In this document: piece after piece, positions 37,564 through 47,072 of the stretch
Position numbering within the stretch: the stretch's first letter is position 1
Layout: the number at the start of each line of letters is the position of its first letter
Source: Candidatus Latescibacterota bacterium
GTDB taxonomy: Bacteria; Latescibacterota; UBA2968; GCA-2709665
DNA: 64,000 nt
Reading direction: 5' to 3'
Assembly (NCBI GenBank): GCA_965222075.1
Contig: OZ244937.1
Location: 960,001-1,024,000 of the forward strand
Notes under the pieces: generated by a model
Databases searched by the model: none
Told to the model about the DNA's origin: nothing
The model's input: only the letters and a program-made list of their open reading frames with translations
Position numbers and translations under genes: made by a program

Positions 37564-39255
37564 CTATGGGTCGGCGGGGTTGCTCCGGATGACCGGGACG
37601 TGGATGAGCGTGGGCACGTCGGCTGTGAGGCCCTGCTGGAGGGCAGGCGCGATTTCGTCGGGGCTGTTCACCCGGATGCCGAGGGCGCCAAAAGCCTCGG
37701 CCATCTGGTCAAATCGGATGGGCCCCAGTTCGCTGGTGATGCCCTGCCCGTACCTCTTCTGGTGTCCGGTAAGGGTGATGCCCCAGGCCTCGTCGTCGGC
37801 TAAGAGCACAACAAAGCCGAGGTTCTGACGGGCGGCCGTTTCGAATTCGGCCACGGTGAAGGTCAGCGCGCCGTCTCCTGAGATGAGGATGACGGGGCGG
37901 TCGGGGTAGAGGAGGCGGGCGGCCATGGCGCCGGGGAGGCCGTAACCGACGACCCCGCTGGCGCCGCAGGTGACCCAGTGGCCGGGGTAGTGGTCGCAGA
38001 GGGCCTGATGCGCCCACTGGCCGATGTTTCCGCCGTCGATCAGAACGACCGTGTCGTCCGTGAGGACGGACTGAACCGCGTCGATTATGTCCAGGGAGTG
38101 GCAGGCGCCGCTGTCTGGACGGGACACGCCCAGGCAGCGCTGGCGGAAGGCGTCACGGCGGGATCGGGCCTCCTGAAGCCAGGCCGTTTTGGGGGACGCG
38201 GCCTGCCTGCGCGGCCTGCCTGTGCGTGTCCGCACGCAGACAGGCGCACCGCGCTGCAGGCAGGCGCAGGCGTCGGCGAGCTGGATCAAGACCGACCGGG
38301 GATCGCCGAGAATGGAGAGGTGTGCGCCTGCGCCCTGCTGGAGCTGCACCGGGTCGGCGTGGATGCGGACGATGCGGGCGTTTTCCCCAACCGCGGGGGG
38401 CTGGAGGTATCCGACGCGGTAGTCGCAGGCTGCGCCGACCATCAGGACCAGGTCTGCATCCGGCAGCAGGCGGGGCCCCCCGGTTGCTGCGCCGATGACG
38501 CCCATGAATTCATCGATGGGGTGCGGGACCGACCCCCGGTCCCAGATGGGGACGGCAACCGGGACCGAGAAGGTGCGGACAAAAGCGGTCAGGGCGTCCT
38601 CACCCTGCGCATAGTAGAGGCCGCTTCCGGCGATGAGGAGGGGCCGCTCGGCCCTGGAGAGGAGGTCGGCGGCAGCGGCGACACTTTCGGGGGCGCCGGA
38701 CGAGGCAACAGGCGGTGAGGCGGCAGGTTCGAGCACCCGGATGATACGGTCCGGGTCGACCTCGGCCGTCTGAATGTCGAGCGGAAGGGTGAGGTGGACC
38801 GGCCCGGGCCGGCCTGAGAGGGCGGCCGTGAAGGCCTCGTGGAGGATCTGCGGAATCCGTTCGGGACGGTCGATGGTGCGGGCGTATTTGCAGACCGGCG
38901 CGGCCAGGGCGGCCTGATCGAAGTCCTGGAAGTGACCCAGACCGATCGTTTCGGTGGGGCCGCACCCGGTGACGAGGACCATGGGGGCGCCGTCGAAGTG
39001 GGCGTTGAGGACGCCGGTGAGAGCGTTGGCGTGCGCCACGCCGCTGCTGACGGCGCATACGCCGACCCGGCGGCTGAGACGTCCGGTAACCTCGGCCATG
39101 TACCCCGCGGCCTGTTCGTTGCGAACATCCACAAGCCGCATCCCGGCATCCCGGCAGGCGGCGTCCAGCGGGTCCATCCCGTGACCGCAGAGGGTGGGGA
39201 TAAATGACACTTCCCGCTGCTGAAGCTCACGGACGAAGAGTTCCGCACCGTTCAT
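37564..39255 (-). CDS. Thiamine pyrophosphate-binding protein with a 21-aa repeat-derived insertion
   Basis: DVRNEQAAGYMA, GRPGPVHL, GYGLPGAMAA, SGDGALTF; insertion CLQRGAPVCVRTRTGRPRRQA. Confidence 0.9.
   Translation of the reverse strand: MNGAELFVRELQQREVSFIPTLCGHGMDPLDAACRDAGMRLVDVRNEQAAGYMAEVTGRLSRRVGVCAVSSGVAHANALTGVLNAHFDGAPMVLVTGCGPTETIGLGHFQDFDQAALAAPVCKYARTIDRPERIPQILHEAFTAALSGRPGPVHLTLPLDIQTAEVDPDRIIRVLEPAASPPVASSGAPESVAAAADLLSRAERPLLIAGSGLYYAQGEDALTAFVRTFSVPVAVPIWDRGSVPHPIDEFMGVIGAATGGPRLLPDADLVLMVGAACDYRVGYLQPPAVGENARIVRIHADPVQLQQGAGAHLSILGDPRSVLIQLADACACLQRGAPVCVRTRTGRPRRQAASPKTAWLQEARSRRDAFRQRCLGVSRPDSGACHSLDIIDAVQSVLTDDTVVLIDGGNIGQWAHQALCDHYPGHWVTCGASGVVGYGLPGAMAARLLYPDRPVILISGDGALTFTVAEFETAARQNLGFVVLLADDEAWGITLTGHQKRYGQGITSELGPIRFDQMAEAFGALGIRVNSPDEIAPALQQGLTADVPTLIHVPVIRSNPADP
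38202..38264. repeat. Nested CCTG...CAGG elements (33 bp outer + 30 bp inner), in-frame in a CDS
   Basis: cctgcctgcgcgg[cctgcctgtgcgtgtccgcacgcagacagg]cgcaccgcgctgcaggcagg. Confidence 0.85.
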
Positions 39256-39293
39256 GGGATTCTCCTGTGAACCGCAAAACTGCTGAGTATTTT

Positions 39294-40031
39294 TTACTGG
39301 AGGTAGAGACCCATCGCTTCGATGGCTTCTGCCACTTCTCTGAGCACCAGGTCCCGGGTCGGTTCTCCACGTCTTCGCCGCTGCCGGACCCGGGTCGAGG
39401 ACATCTGGATGTAGCGCTCGGCCAGCTGGATAAAGTCGACCCGATCGGTGAAGGGCCTGCATTCGGGGCGTTCCATCAGGGTGCGCATTTGCTCCAGGCC
39501 GTGGCACCCCCGGTTGGCGGCAACGATGCGGGAGGTTTCAAAGAAGGGGTGGAGGTCCTCCTGCATGTCGGCGTAGTATCTGGGGTCGAAGAGCCGCTGG
39601 AGGGTATCGTAGCCGACGATGAAGTAGAACCGGGTGCCGTGGGCATAGAGGGCGCGGAGGGCCTCGGCTTTGTCTATGAACCGGGCGTGACTGCATCCGG
39701 CCACCGAGATATCGGAACGGCCTTCGGCATAGGCAAGCAGCATGGCCAGCCGCTGGCCCAGGTCGGCGCCAAAGACCTTCTTGTCAACATTCGACCGCGA
39801 CAGCATCAGCAGCACCTCGTTCAGGCCGCAGGTCCGCCGGGCCTTTTCAACCATCCCGTGGTGGGCCAGCGTCATCGGGTTGAACGAGGCATCCAGCACG
39901 CCGAGACACCCTGCCGAGACGCCCATGCCTCCGGGTGCCCGCTGCACGATACGGACCCGGGGCGGCCCGGCCGGGTGCAGGTCGGCCATAATCCTGCGCA
40001 GGCGTTCCAGTTCTTCGGGGTCGGTCCGCAT
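39294..40031 (-). CDS. Nucleotidyltransferase, NMN adenylyltransferase (Pof1/NadD-like)
   Basis: LDASFNPMTLAH, SNVDK, FIDKAEAL, FIVGYDTLQRLFDPRYY, MSSTRVR. Confidence 0.8.
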   Translation of the reverse strand: MRTDPEELERLRRIMADLHPAGPPRVRIVQRAPGGMGVSAGCLGVLDASFNPMTLAHHGMVEKARRTCGLNEVLLMLSRSNVDKKVFGADLGQRLAMLLAYAEGRSDISVAGCSHARFIDKAEALRALYAHGTRFYFIVGYDTLQRLFDPRYYADMQEDLHPFFETSRIVAANRGCHGLEQMRTLMERPECRPFTDRVDFIQLAERYIQMSSTRVRQRRRRGEPTRDLVLREVAEAIEAMGLYLQ

Positions 40032-40159
40032 GTCTGTTTTCCTTATCGAGAAAAATCTACAGCATACGGATATGGTAGTTTCTGCCACACCGGAAGTCAA
40101 CCGAAATCTGAACGGTTTGAGGCGCTTTCAATCACGGGTGTTACGTCTGGAGGGAGATT

Positions 40160-41023
40160 ATGCATATCGGGATGCGGATTCCGCCTATGGTTCGGGATCT
40201 TGGCTTTGAAGGTGTGGTGGCGTGGGCGAGTGCCAACGGGTTTGGTTCTATCGATGTGCCCCAGGTGGACCGGAAGGTCCGAAAGATCTGCGACAGGGCC
40301 GGGTTGCGCATCGGCACGGTGGACTGGGGCGTTGGGGGGGCGCTGTTGAGCAGAGACGGCCGCGTGCGCCGGAAGGCGGTTGCGGCGATGAAACGGCGGA
40401 TCCAAGCGACGGCCGCGTGCGGCTCGGGGGTGATCTTTGTGTGCCTTGCGCCCGATGACAGTTTGCAGCCCCGGGCCGAGAGTTTTGAGATTTTTAAGCG
40501 GGTCTACCCCGGGATTGTGGACGCGGCGGAAAAGGAGGGCGTCCACTTAGCGATTGAACCCTATCCCGGTCCGGCGCCGGCCTATCCCAACCTGGGCTGC
40601 ACGCCGGAGACTCTCCGGGCCATTTTCGAGGCGATTCCGTCGCCCCACCTGGGGATCTGCTACGACCCCTCTCATTTTATCCGCATCGGGGTGGATTACA
40701 AGCGCCTCCTGGTGGAGTTCGGGGACCGGGTGCGTCACGTGCATGCCAAAGATACCGAGATCTTAGACGACGGGCTTTACGCGTTTGGCTGTCTGGGGCA
40801 GAGTTTTGGCCGCCGTTATCCCCACGGAGAGGGCTGGTGGCGCTATTGTATTCCGGGATGGGGGGCTGCGGACTGGAAGTGGGTGGTGGCCCGCTTAGAG
40901 GAGATTGGGTACGACGGCCCTCTGGCGGTCGAACTGGAGGACGACCGCTATATGGGAAGCACGGAACGGAACCAGGAGGGGCTTCTGGCCGCCAGGGCCT
41001 ACCTGAAGCAGATCATCCGATAG
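40160..41023 (+). CDS. Sugar phosphate isomerase/epimerase (xylose isomerase-like TIM barrel)
   Basis: LAIEP, YDPSHF, HVHAKD, IPGWG, YDGPLAVELED. Confidence 0.9.
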   Translation: MHIGMRIPPMVRDLGFEGVVAWASANGFGSIDVPQVDRKVRKICDRAGLRIGTVDWGVGGALLSRDGRVRRKAVAAMKRRIQATAACGSGVIFVCLAPDDSLQPRAESFEIFKRVYPGIVDAAEKEGVHLAIEPYPGPAPAYPNLGCTPETLRAIFEAIPSPHLGICYDPSHFIRIGVDYKRLLVEFGDRVRHVHAKDTEILDDGLYAFGCLGQSFGRRYPHGEGWWRYCIPGWGAADWKWVVARLEEIGYDGPLAVELEDDRYMGSTERNQEGLLAARAYLKQIIR

Positions 41024-41810
41024 CGTTTCTTCCGATGGTCAGGGCTTCCAGAAATGGGAACGCAATACACGCCCGCCGCATCTCGCGTTTGAGCCAGGTC
41101 TTGAAGAGCCGGTTTCTGATCTCCTGCTGCACGGCCCCGGTCAGGGTCGCGGGGTAGATGTGTTGCACAAGGTAGAGCGCGTAGCCTTTTTCGACCTTTA
41201 GCGGCCCTACCAGTTCCCCCGGCGCTGCCGCAAACACCAGCGGGGCGATGCCTTTGGGCAGGTGGCGGCGTCTGAGCCGTCCCAGGTAGCCTCCAGCGGG
41301 TCGGGTGGCTTCATCCTGAGAATGACGCCGCGCCAGATTGTGGAATGCGACACCTTCCTCGGTTATCTGTATCCGGAGTTCCTCTGCAATTCCCTCGTCT
41401 GCGACGTGTATCCAGTAGACTTCCGCCTCGTCGAAGTCCAGGGTATGCTGTGCAAAATAGGGTTCTATTCGACCTTCGGTTGCCTTTTGGGCCAGGGACG
41501 CCTCAAGCAAGCGGCATTCGACCTGTTGGGCCACGTCGTCCAGCGCCAACCCCCGATGCGCCAGCCAGGCCTCTGTTTCTTCCACGCGCTCCAGCCGGTT
41601 CTGGTAGCGCCACGCATCCACTTCCGTCTGCAGGTCCTCCGGGCCCACGCTCAGGCCTTCGCGCAGCGCCAATTGGAGGATGAGACGCTGCCGGGCGCAG
41701 CGGTGGAGAAGGCTCAGGTCGTCAGCAGCCTGCAGCGCACGCAGCAGGTCCGAGAGATGGACGTGCTCATCGTTGACAACGGCGAGCACCGGGTCTGTTC
41801 CCTCCAACAC
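41013..41810 (-). CDS. PpiC/SurA-like peptidyl-prolyl isomerase (T1SS/peptide-export associated)
   Basis: AFHNLARRHSQDEATRPAGGYLG..VFAAAPGELVGPLK; GTG start with GGAGG RBS right after the HlyD stop. Confidence 0.85.
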   Translation of the reverse strand: MLEGTDPVLAVVNDEHVHLSDLLRALQAADDLSLLHRCARQRLILQLALREGLSVGPEDLQTEVDAWRYQNRLERVEETEAWLAHRGLALDDVAQQVECRLLEASLAQKATEGRIEPYFAQHTLDFDEAEVYWIHVADEGIAEELRIQITEEGVAFHNLARRHSQDEATRPAGGYLGRLRRRHLPKGIAPLVFAAAPGELVGPLKVEKGYALYLVQHIYPATLTGAVQQEIRNRLFKTWLKREMRRACIAFPFLEALTIGRNAIG

Positions 41811-41811
41811 C

Positions 41812-43227
41812 TTATCCCTCCTCGTTTGATGCGAACGCCGCAGATTCACGCAGCTGCCGCAGCGGCTTCAGTAGCAGGTTGAGGATCGAAGTTCTGTCCG
41901 TTATGATCTCGGCGGTGCCCTTCAGGCCGTACATCAGCGGCTTTTCCTCTCCGCGCACCCGCACGGTTATCTCTTCCGGTTGCACGATGCACCGATAGAC
42001 CGGGCCGAGGGTCGGATCGACGGTTGCATCCGGCGATATCTGCGTTAGTCTCCCCAGCTTGATGCCATAGTCTTCAAAGGGGAAGGCTTCGTACTTCAGC
42101 TTGACGGCCTGCCCCGGCTTGATCATTCCCACGTCCTTGTTCAGGACCATCGCTTCGGCCACCGTGGGGGCGGAGGCCGGGGCCAGGGTGGCCAGGGCCT
42201 GTCCTTTGTCGGCCACCTGGCCCACGGTGTTCACGAGCACCCGGGTCACGATGCCGGCTTCCGGTGCCAGGATGAGGTCCGAGTCGGCCTCCAGGGCCCG
42301 GTCCACCGCCTGCTGCGCCCGTTCGTAGCGCAGCTTTGCCTCTTCGTAGGCGTGCACGGCCCGGACGGACTCCCGGTCGCGGTCGATCTGCGCCTGCAGG
42401 ATTTGTCGCTTCAGGTCCTGCACGGTTGTTTCCAGGCGATGGACCTCCGCCATCCGGGCAGGGAGAGCGGCCAGCGCCCCAAAGTAGCGCACCCGGGCCT
42501 CGTCTAAGGCCTTGTGGCTGATGAGGCGCTTCTTGTAGAGCTGCCGGCTCTCCATATACAGATGTTTGAGGTGTTCCAGTTCTGCGGATCGAAACCGGAT
42601 CTCCGCCTTCAGGTCCGCCTCAGGAGGGTTTGCATCCGGGGTGTGACCTTTCAGGTCCTCCTCTCTGAAGCTCTCTCGATAGGCCTGCAAGGCGTCCTGG
42701 TGGGTCTGCATCAGCGCTTGCATGAGGTCCAGCCTGGCTTTGAGCGCGGCAACGGTCTCCTGCGTGAGCCGCCGCTTTTGGGGCAGGGCTTCCCGAAGGT
42801 CGTAGTCCGCTTTCTGAAACTGCACTTTGGCCTGTTCCAGTTCCCGCAACTCCATCCAGGTTTCACGGGACCGGAGTTTGAAGAGAATTTGCCCTTTGCT
42901 CACCCTGTCCCCCTCCTTCACCCCGATGCCCTCAATCTCTCCACCCCGGGGCGCCTGGACAGTATTCACCCGGCCCCGGGGCATGAGGCGAAACGGCGCT
43001 GTGGCCACCACATCCACTTTCCCAAACCCCGCCCAGAGTAGCCCGGCCAGGACAAAGGCCAGCACAATATAGAGCAGCGTCCGGCTAAAGGCAGGGTGAA
43101 GAGACCCGAAGAACTCAGACACTTCCACCGCGTGTTCTACATTCCCCGAAACAGGGTGAACCCCGGCATCTGGAACACCGGGGGTTTTCTCCACCAATGC
43201 GGATGCTGTTAATACGGGTTCGGCCAT
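41812..43227 (-). CDS. hlyD: HlyD family membrane fusion protein
   Basis: TM helix, VKEGDRVSKGQIL lipoyl half, coiled coil, KLKYEAFPFEDYG, GLKGTAEIIT. Confidence 0.92.
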   Translation of the reverse strand: MAEPVLTASALVEKTPGVPDAGVHPVSGNVEHAVEVSEFFGSLHPAFSRTLLYIVLAFVLAGLLWAGFGKVDVVATAPFRLMPRGRVNTVQAPRGGEIEGIGVKEGDRVSKGQILFKLRSRETWMELRELEQAKVQFQKADYDLREALPQKRRLTQETVAALKARLDLMQALMQTHQDALQAYRESFREEDLKGHTPDANPPEADLKAEIRFRSAELEHLKHLYMESRQLYKKRLISHKALDEARVRYFGALAALPARMAEVHRLETTVQDLKRQILQAQIDRDRESVRAVHAYEEAKLRYERAQQAVDRALEADSDLILAPEAGIVTRVLVNTVGQVADKGQALATLAPASAPTVAEAMVLNKDVGMIKPGQAVKLKYEAFPFEDYGIKLGRLTQISPDATVDPTLGPVYRCIVQPEEITVRVRGEEKPLMYGLKGTAEIITDRTSILNLLLKPLRQLRESAAFASNEEG

Positions 43228-43263
43228 TTGACTTTTGTCGGCTTATTTGTCCCTCACGATTTT

Positions 43264-46200
43264 TTATGCCGCGTCCAGCTGCTGACCTGTCAGGTAGTAA
43301 TAAAGCCCTTGCTTCGCCACCAGGCCCTCATGATCCCCTGTCTCTACGATGTGTCCTTTGTCCAGCACCACGATCAGGTCCGCATTCCGTACGGTGCTCA
43401 ACCGGTGGGCGATGACGAACGCCGTGCGGTCTTTTAAGATGTCCTCCAGGTTCTCCTGGATGGCCTGCTCCGATTCCGTATCCAGGGCGTTGGTCGCTTC
43501 GTCGAAGATCAGGATCCGGGGATCGGTGTAGAGCGCCCGGGCGATGGCGACCCGTTGCCGCTGCCCGCCGGAGAGTCCCACACCCTGTTCTCCGACCCTG
43601 GTTTCGTAGCCCATGGGCAGGTCGGAGACAAAGCCGTGGGCGTTGGTCAGCCTGGCGGCCTCCACCACCCGGTCCATGTCGACCTCTTCCGCGCCCAACG
43701 CGATGTTTTCCGCGATGGACCCGCTGAAGAGGAACGGCTCTTGCAGGACCATCCCGACCTGGCGCCGCAGCCATGCCGGGTTAAAGTCGCGCAGGTCGAT
43801 CCCGTCGAGCGTCACCCGCCCTTCGGTGGGATCAAAAAGCCGGGGGATGAGTTTCACCAGCGTGGTCTTCCCTGCGCTGCTACGGCCTACGACGGCCACC
43901 TTCTGGCCGGGCTGAACGGTCAGGTCGATGTCGTTGAGGACATAGGGTTCCTCTGCACCGGCTCCGTAGCGAAAGAAGACCTTTTCAAACGCGATCCGAC
44001 CTTCCATCCGCTGGAGGGTTACCGCATAATTCCCATGCCGGGACGCCTCCATAGGGCTATCGTAGATGTCGTTGAGCCGGTCCAGCGCAATGCGCGCCTC
44101 CTGGATCTGTGGCCAGAGACCGATCAGGCCCATAATCGGTCCTGTTACGTTTCCGACGATCGCATTGAAGGCCATCAATTGTCCTACCGACAGTTCCCCG
44201 TCAATCACCAGGGTCGCTCCGTACCAGAGAATAAATGTGCTGCTGAAGAGGTTCAGCAGTCTGCCGATAGAGCCGAACAGCATCCCGATTTTCATTCGGT
44301 GAAATCCGATTTGAATCTCTTTGGTGTAGCGATCCTCCCATTTCCACCTCGTGCTCCGCTCTACAGCCGATGCCTTGACAGCGTCAACGCCATGCAGGGA
44401 GTCGATCAGCACAGACGACTGTTCAGCTTGCGCCAGGAAGGCGCGCTGGCCGAGCGACTTGAGGACCGGCGTGTAGATCAACGTCAGGATCACGGTAAGC
44501 GGCATAAATGCCAGCACAAAAAGGGTCAACTGTGCATGATAATAGAGCATCAGCCCCAGGTAGACGAAGAGCATGGTCACGTCGAGGACGACCGAGACCG
44601 TGGCGCCGGTCAACAGCGCTTGAATCGTGGCGTTTTCCCCGAATCGTGTTGTGAGATCACCTGTGCGACGCAGTGCGAAGAAACGCATCGATAGGCCCAG
44701 CAGGTGCCGGTAAAATCGGGAGAGCATGGTGATACTCAACCGGGCGCTGACGTAGGCGATCAGGTAGGTCCGCAGTGCGGAGGTGCCCATCTGGAAGAGG
44801 GCGATGACGATCATTCCGATCAGCATCAGGTTGAGCAGGTGCCGGTCCTGGTGGACCAGGACCTGGTCTACGATGGTCTGCGTAAAGATCGGCGAGGCGA
44901 GCCCGAACAGGCTCAGGACCAGGGACGCCAGGAGGATTTCGCAGAGGATGCCGGCGTAGGGCCGTACAAGGGGGAAGAACCTGCGGAAGGAGGGCAGGGA
45001 GGATTCGTTTTCGGCCACCCGGTCCGTGTACTCCAGAAGAAGCGCCATATGGGCCCAGCCAGCCTCGAACGCCTTTCTGGAGAGCTTCCGGATGCCGATT
45101 TCAGGGTCGGCGATCATCGCATACTTTGCGGTGATCTGAAAAAGGACGATAAAGTGGTTGCCCTCCCAGTGGATCACGGCGGGCAGGTCTGTGCGCAGCA
45201 GCTGCTCGTAGCCCGTCCGCACACCCCGCGTGACAAACCCCAGGCTCTCCGCAGCTTCGGCCAGCCCGGCTAAAGACGCCCCGTGGCGTGAGACGTTGGC
45301 CATGTCCCGCAGCCGGTTCAACCCGATGGGCATCCCGTAATACTTGCAGATCATCCCCAGACAGGCCGCCCCACAGTCGGTCTGGTCATGCTGCTTGAGA
45401 AATGGAAACCGGCGGATTTTTCGGGCCTTCCCGTTTTGGGACGAGGCCTCCGGCGTTACCGTATCCTTCGTTCGCTGCGTTTGGGGAGCAGTCGGTCCAT
45501 TCACCGGAATCGGCGCGGGTTCCGCAGATTCTTTCTGTCTGTGCTCCGAGACCGCCCCTTCAAGCGCCCGGCGCAAGGGGGGGATTCGACCCACAAAGCG
45601 GTCAAAGTCCACCTTCGACAGCGAATAGACTACAACATCGGTCACTGCGGTGATGGTGGCCGGCTGGGGTGTGTTCTCCAGCAGCGCCTGCACGCCAAAG
45701 AAATCCCCCTGCTTCAGTTCATATGCCGTTCGCTCCCGTCCGCAACCGTCCAGGCTTATGGCCCTCATGTGTCCACCGCCAATCAGGTAGAACCGTTCTC
45801 CTGCGTCTCCCTGGCGGGCCACACACGTTTCGGAGGATAGGGCCTCCCGTTTCAAGCTCCGGAACAGGTCCTGCATCGCTTCGCCGGATACCTGTCCGTT
45901 TCCCGCTTTGAGGAACCGCGTGAAGTCCCGGTATGCGATGTGAACGATCTGGTCTTCAAGATACGCTTTCAAGTCCGGGTTGGAGGAGACAACCTTCAAG
46001 AAATCGGCTCTGGAGACCCGCAGCACTCCTGAGGGCTCAACCGCGCGTACCGTGGCGCGACGTCCCAGGCCGGTCAATAGTGCGCCCTCTCCGAAGTGGT
46101 CGCCAGGGTAGAGGTAGCCCACCGTCTGGGGGCGTTCCTCATCATCCTTCCGGAGGACTCGCAAGCGGCCGGACCGGACGATGTAGAAGGCGTCGCCCGG

Positions 46201-46290
46201 ATCGCCTTCCTGGAAGATGGTGGCGCCCAGATTGAGGCGCAGAGAGTTTTCTTGGGAAGCGAATTTATCCGGTAGGATTGGATGGTTCAT
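43264..46290 (-). CDS. Peptidase-containing ABC transporter: 2x cNMP-binding + C39 peptidase + TMD + NBD
   Basis: Two cNMP domains (GDHFGEGALL..RRATV; GDFFGVQALL); QHDQTDCGAAC, HWEGNHF, IADP (C39 catalytic residues intact); GRSSAGKT, LSGGQRQR. Confidence 0.95.
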   Translation of the reverse strand: MNHPILPDKFASQENSLRLNLGATIFQEGDPGDAFYIVRSGRLRVLRKDDEERPQTVGYLYPGDHFGEGALLTGLGRRATVRAVEPSGVLRVSRADFLKVVSSNPDLKAYLEDQIVHIAYRDFTRFLKAGNGQVSGEAMQDLFRSLKREALSSETCVARQGDAGERFYLIGGGHMRAISLDGCGRERTAYELKQGDFFGVQALLENTPQPATITAVTDVVVYSLSKVDFDRFVGRIPPLRRALEGAVSEHRQKESAEPAPIPVNGPTAPQTQRTKDTVTPEASSQNGKARKIRRFPFLKQHDQTDCGAACLGMICKYYGMPIGLNRLRDMANVSRHGASLAGLAEAAESLGFVTRGVRTGYEQLLRTDLPAVIHWEGNHFIVLFQITAKYAMIADPEIGIRKLSRKAFEAGWAHMALLLEYTDRVAENESSLPSFRRFFPLVRPYAGILCEILLASLVLSLFGLASPIFTQTIVDQVLVHQDRHLLNLMLIGMIVIALFQMGTSALRTYLIAYVSARLSITMLSRFYRHLLGLSMRFFALRRTGDLTTRFGENATIQALLTGATVSVVLDVTMLFVYLGLMLYYHAQLTLFVLAFMPLTVILTLIYTPVLKSLGQRAFLAQAEQSSVLIDSLHGVDAVKASAVERSTRWKWEDRYTKEIQIGFHRMKIGMLFGSIGRLLNLFSSTFILWYGATLVIDGELSVGQLMAFNAIVGNVTGPIMGLIGLWPQIQEARIALDRLNDIYDSPMEASRHGNYAVTLQRMEGRIAFEKVFFRYGAGAEEPYVLNDIDLTVQPGQKVAVVGRSSAGKTTLVKLIPRLFDPTEGRVTLDGIDLRDFNPAWLRRQVGMVLQEPFLFSGSIAENIALGAEEVDMDRVVEAARLTNAHGFVSDLPMGYETRVGEQGVGLSGGQRQRVAIARALYTDPRILIFDEATNALDTESEQAIQENLEDILKDRTAFVIAHRLSTVRNADLIVVLDKGHIVETGDHEGLVAKQGLYYYLTGQQLDAA

Positions 46291-46586
46291 CCGGGTTTCT
46301 TAGCCTCAGCGTCATCTTTCTTCAGATTCTGTTACCGTGGAAACCTGCTGCTTTGGCATGAAACGAGAGCGATTACGGGCGATGTTGGAAGCTGCCGTGG
46401 AGCTACAGGATGCTTATTACACCTTCTGTTTGCTCCACGACAGCCTCAAGCAACAGATTCATCCCCTCTGGGCCAACAAAGGGCAACGGGTCGCCGAAAG
46501 AGTGGTCTCCACATACCCCGATGGCAGAAGGGATAACGGATCACGCCTGCCTGCCGAGTCCGGCGCAAGCAGGCAAAACGCTCTCC

Positions 46587-46847
46587 CTAACTGCGATATC
46601 CGGAGTAAACTTCATACATCTTTTGCCTCTTGTAAAATTCATCGACAAAAGTGTCTCCTGGTGGGGGGGTATATATAACATAGCTAGACACCAGGTATTT
46701 AGAGGGAATCTCCTTACCATTTCCTCCTTCTACGATCGCCATTTCATGCATGCTTAAGCTTTCTTCGCGTAGGGGTAGAGGTACACACTGTACGAAGAAT
46801 TGTCCTGGATCTGTTGTAATCCGGTTATTACGTACTTTGGCTACCAT
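46587..46847 (-). CDS. Putative double-glycine RiPP/bacteriocin precursor (42-aa leader + 44-aa core)
   Basis: AAGGAGGT RBS; leader ends EESLSMHEMAIVEGG; core NGKEIPSKYLVSSYVIYTPPPGDTFVDEFYKRQKMYEVYSGYRS; upstream of the C39 transporter. Confidence 0.75.
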   Translation of the reverse strand: MVAKVRNNRITTDPGQFFVQCVPLPLREESLSMHEMAIVEGGNGKEIPSKYLVSSYVIYTPPPGDTFVDEFYKRQKMYEVYSGYRS

Positions 46848-47072
46848 CGTTGTTACCTCCTTATTGAGACTCAGAGAATTCTGAGACATCCGGTTGTGAG
46901 CGGATACCTGTATCCTGACATTCCTCATCGCGAAGTTCGGATGTCAAGAGCGGTATTCAGAGTGGGGTAGTTATGCGTTACCTCTCTGTGTCAGACCATA
47001 AGCGACCTCCTCTGGAATCGGGTGATCGGTTCCGGGCAATATGCATGGACGGTGGGATAGAGCCGTCCCATC

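Noticed and set aside
41013-46290. Classical RTX/hemolysin type I secretion locus
   Set aside because: No large RTX or GGxGxD cargo nearby, and the C39 domain retains its catalytic Cys, which favours GG-peptide export. TolC is not in the window.
46894-46906. 13-bp match to the lac operator (TTGTGAGCGGATA) suggesting vector contamination
   Set aside because: Flanks are not vector-like and the match is partial; treated as chance or a native inverted repeat.
46991-47012. Strong RBS (GAGGAGGT) followed by ATG-GTC-TGA upstream of the precursor
   Set aside because: Only two codons and no GG-leader similarity in the following sequence; cannot be supported as a second precursor.
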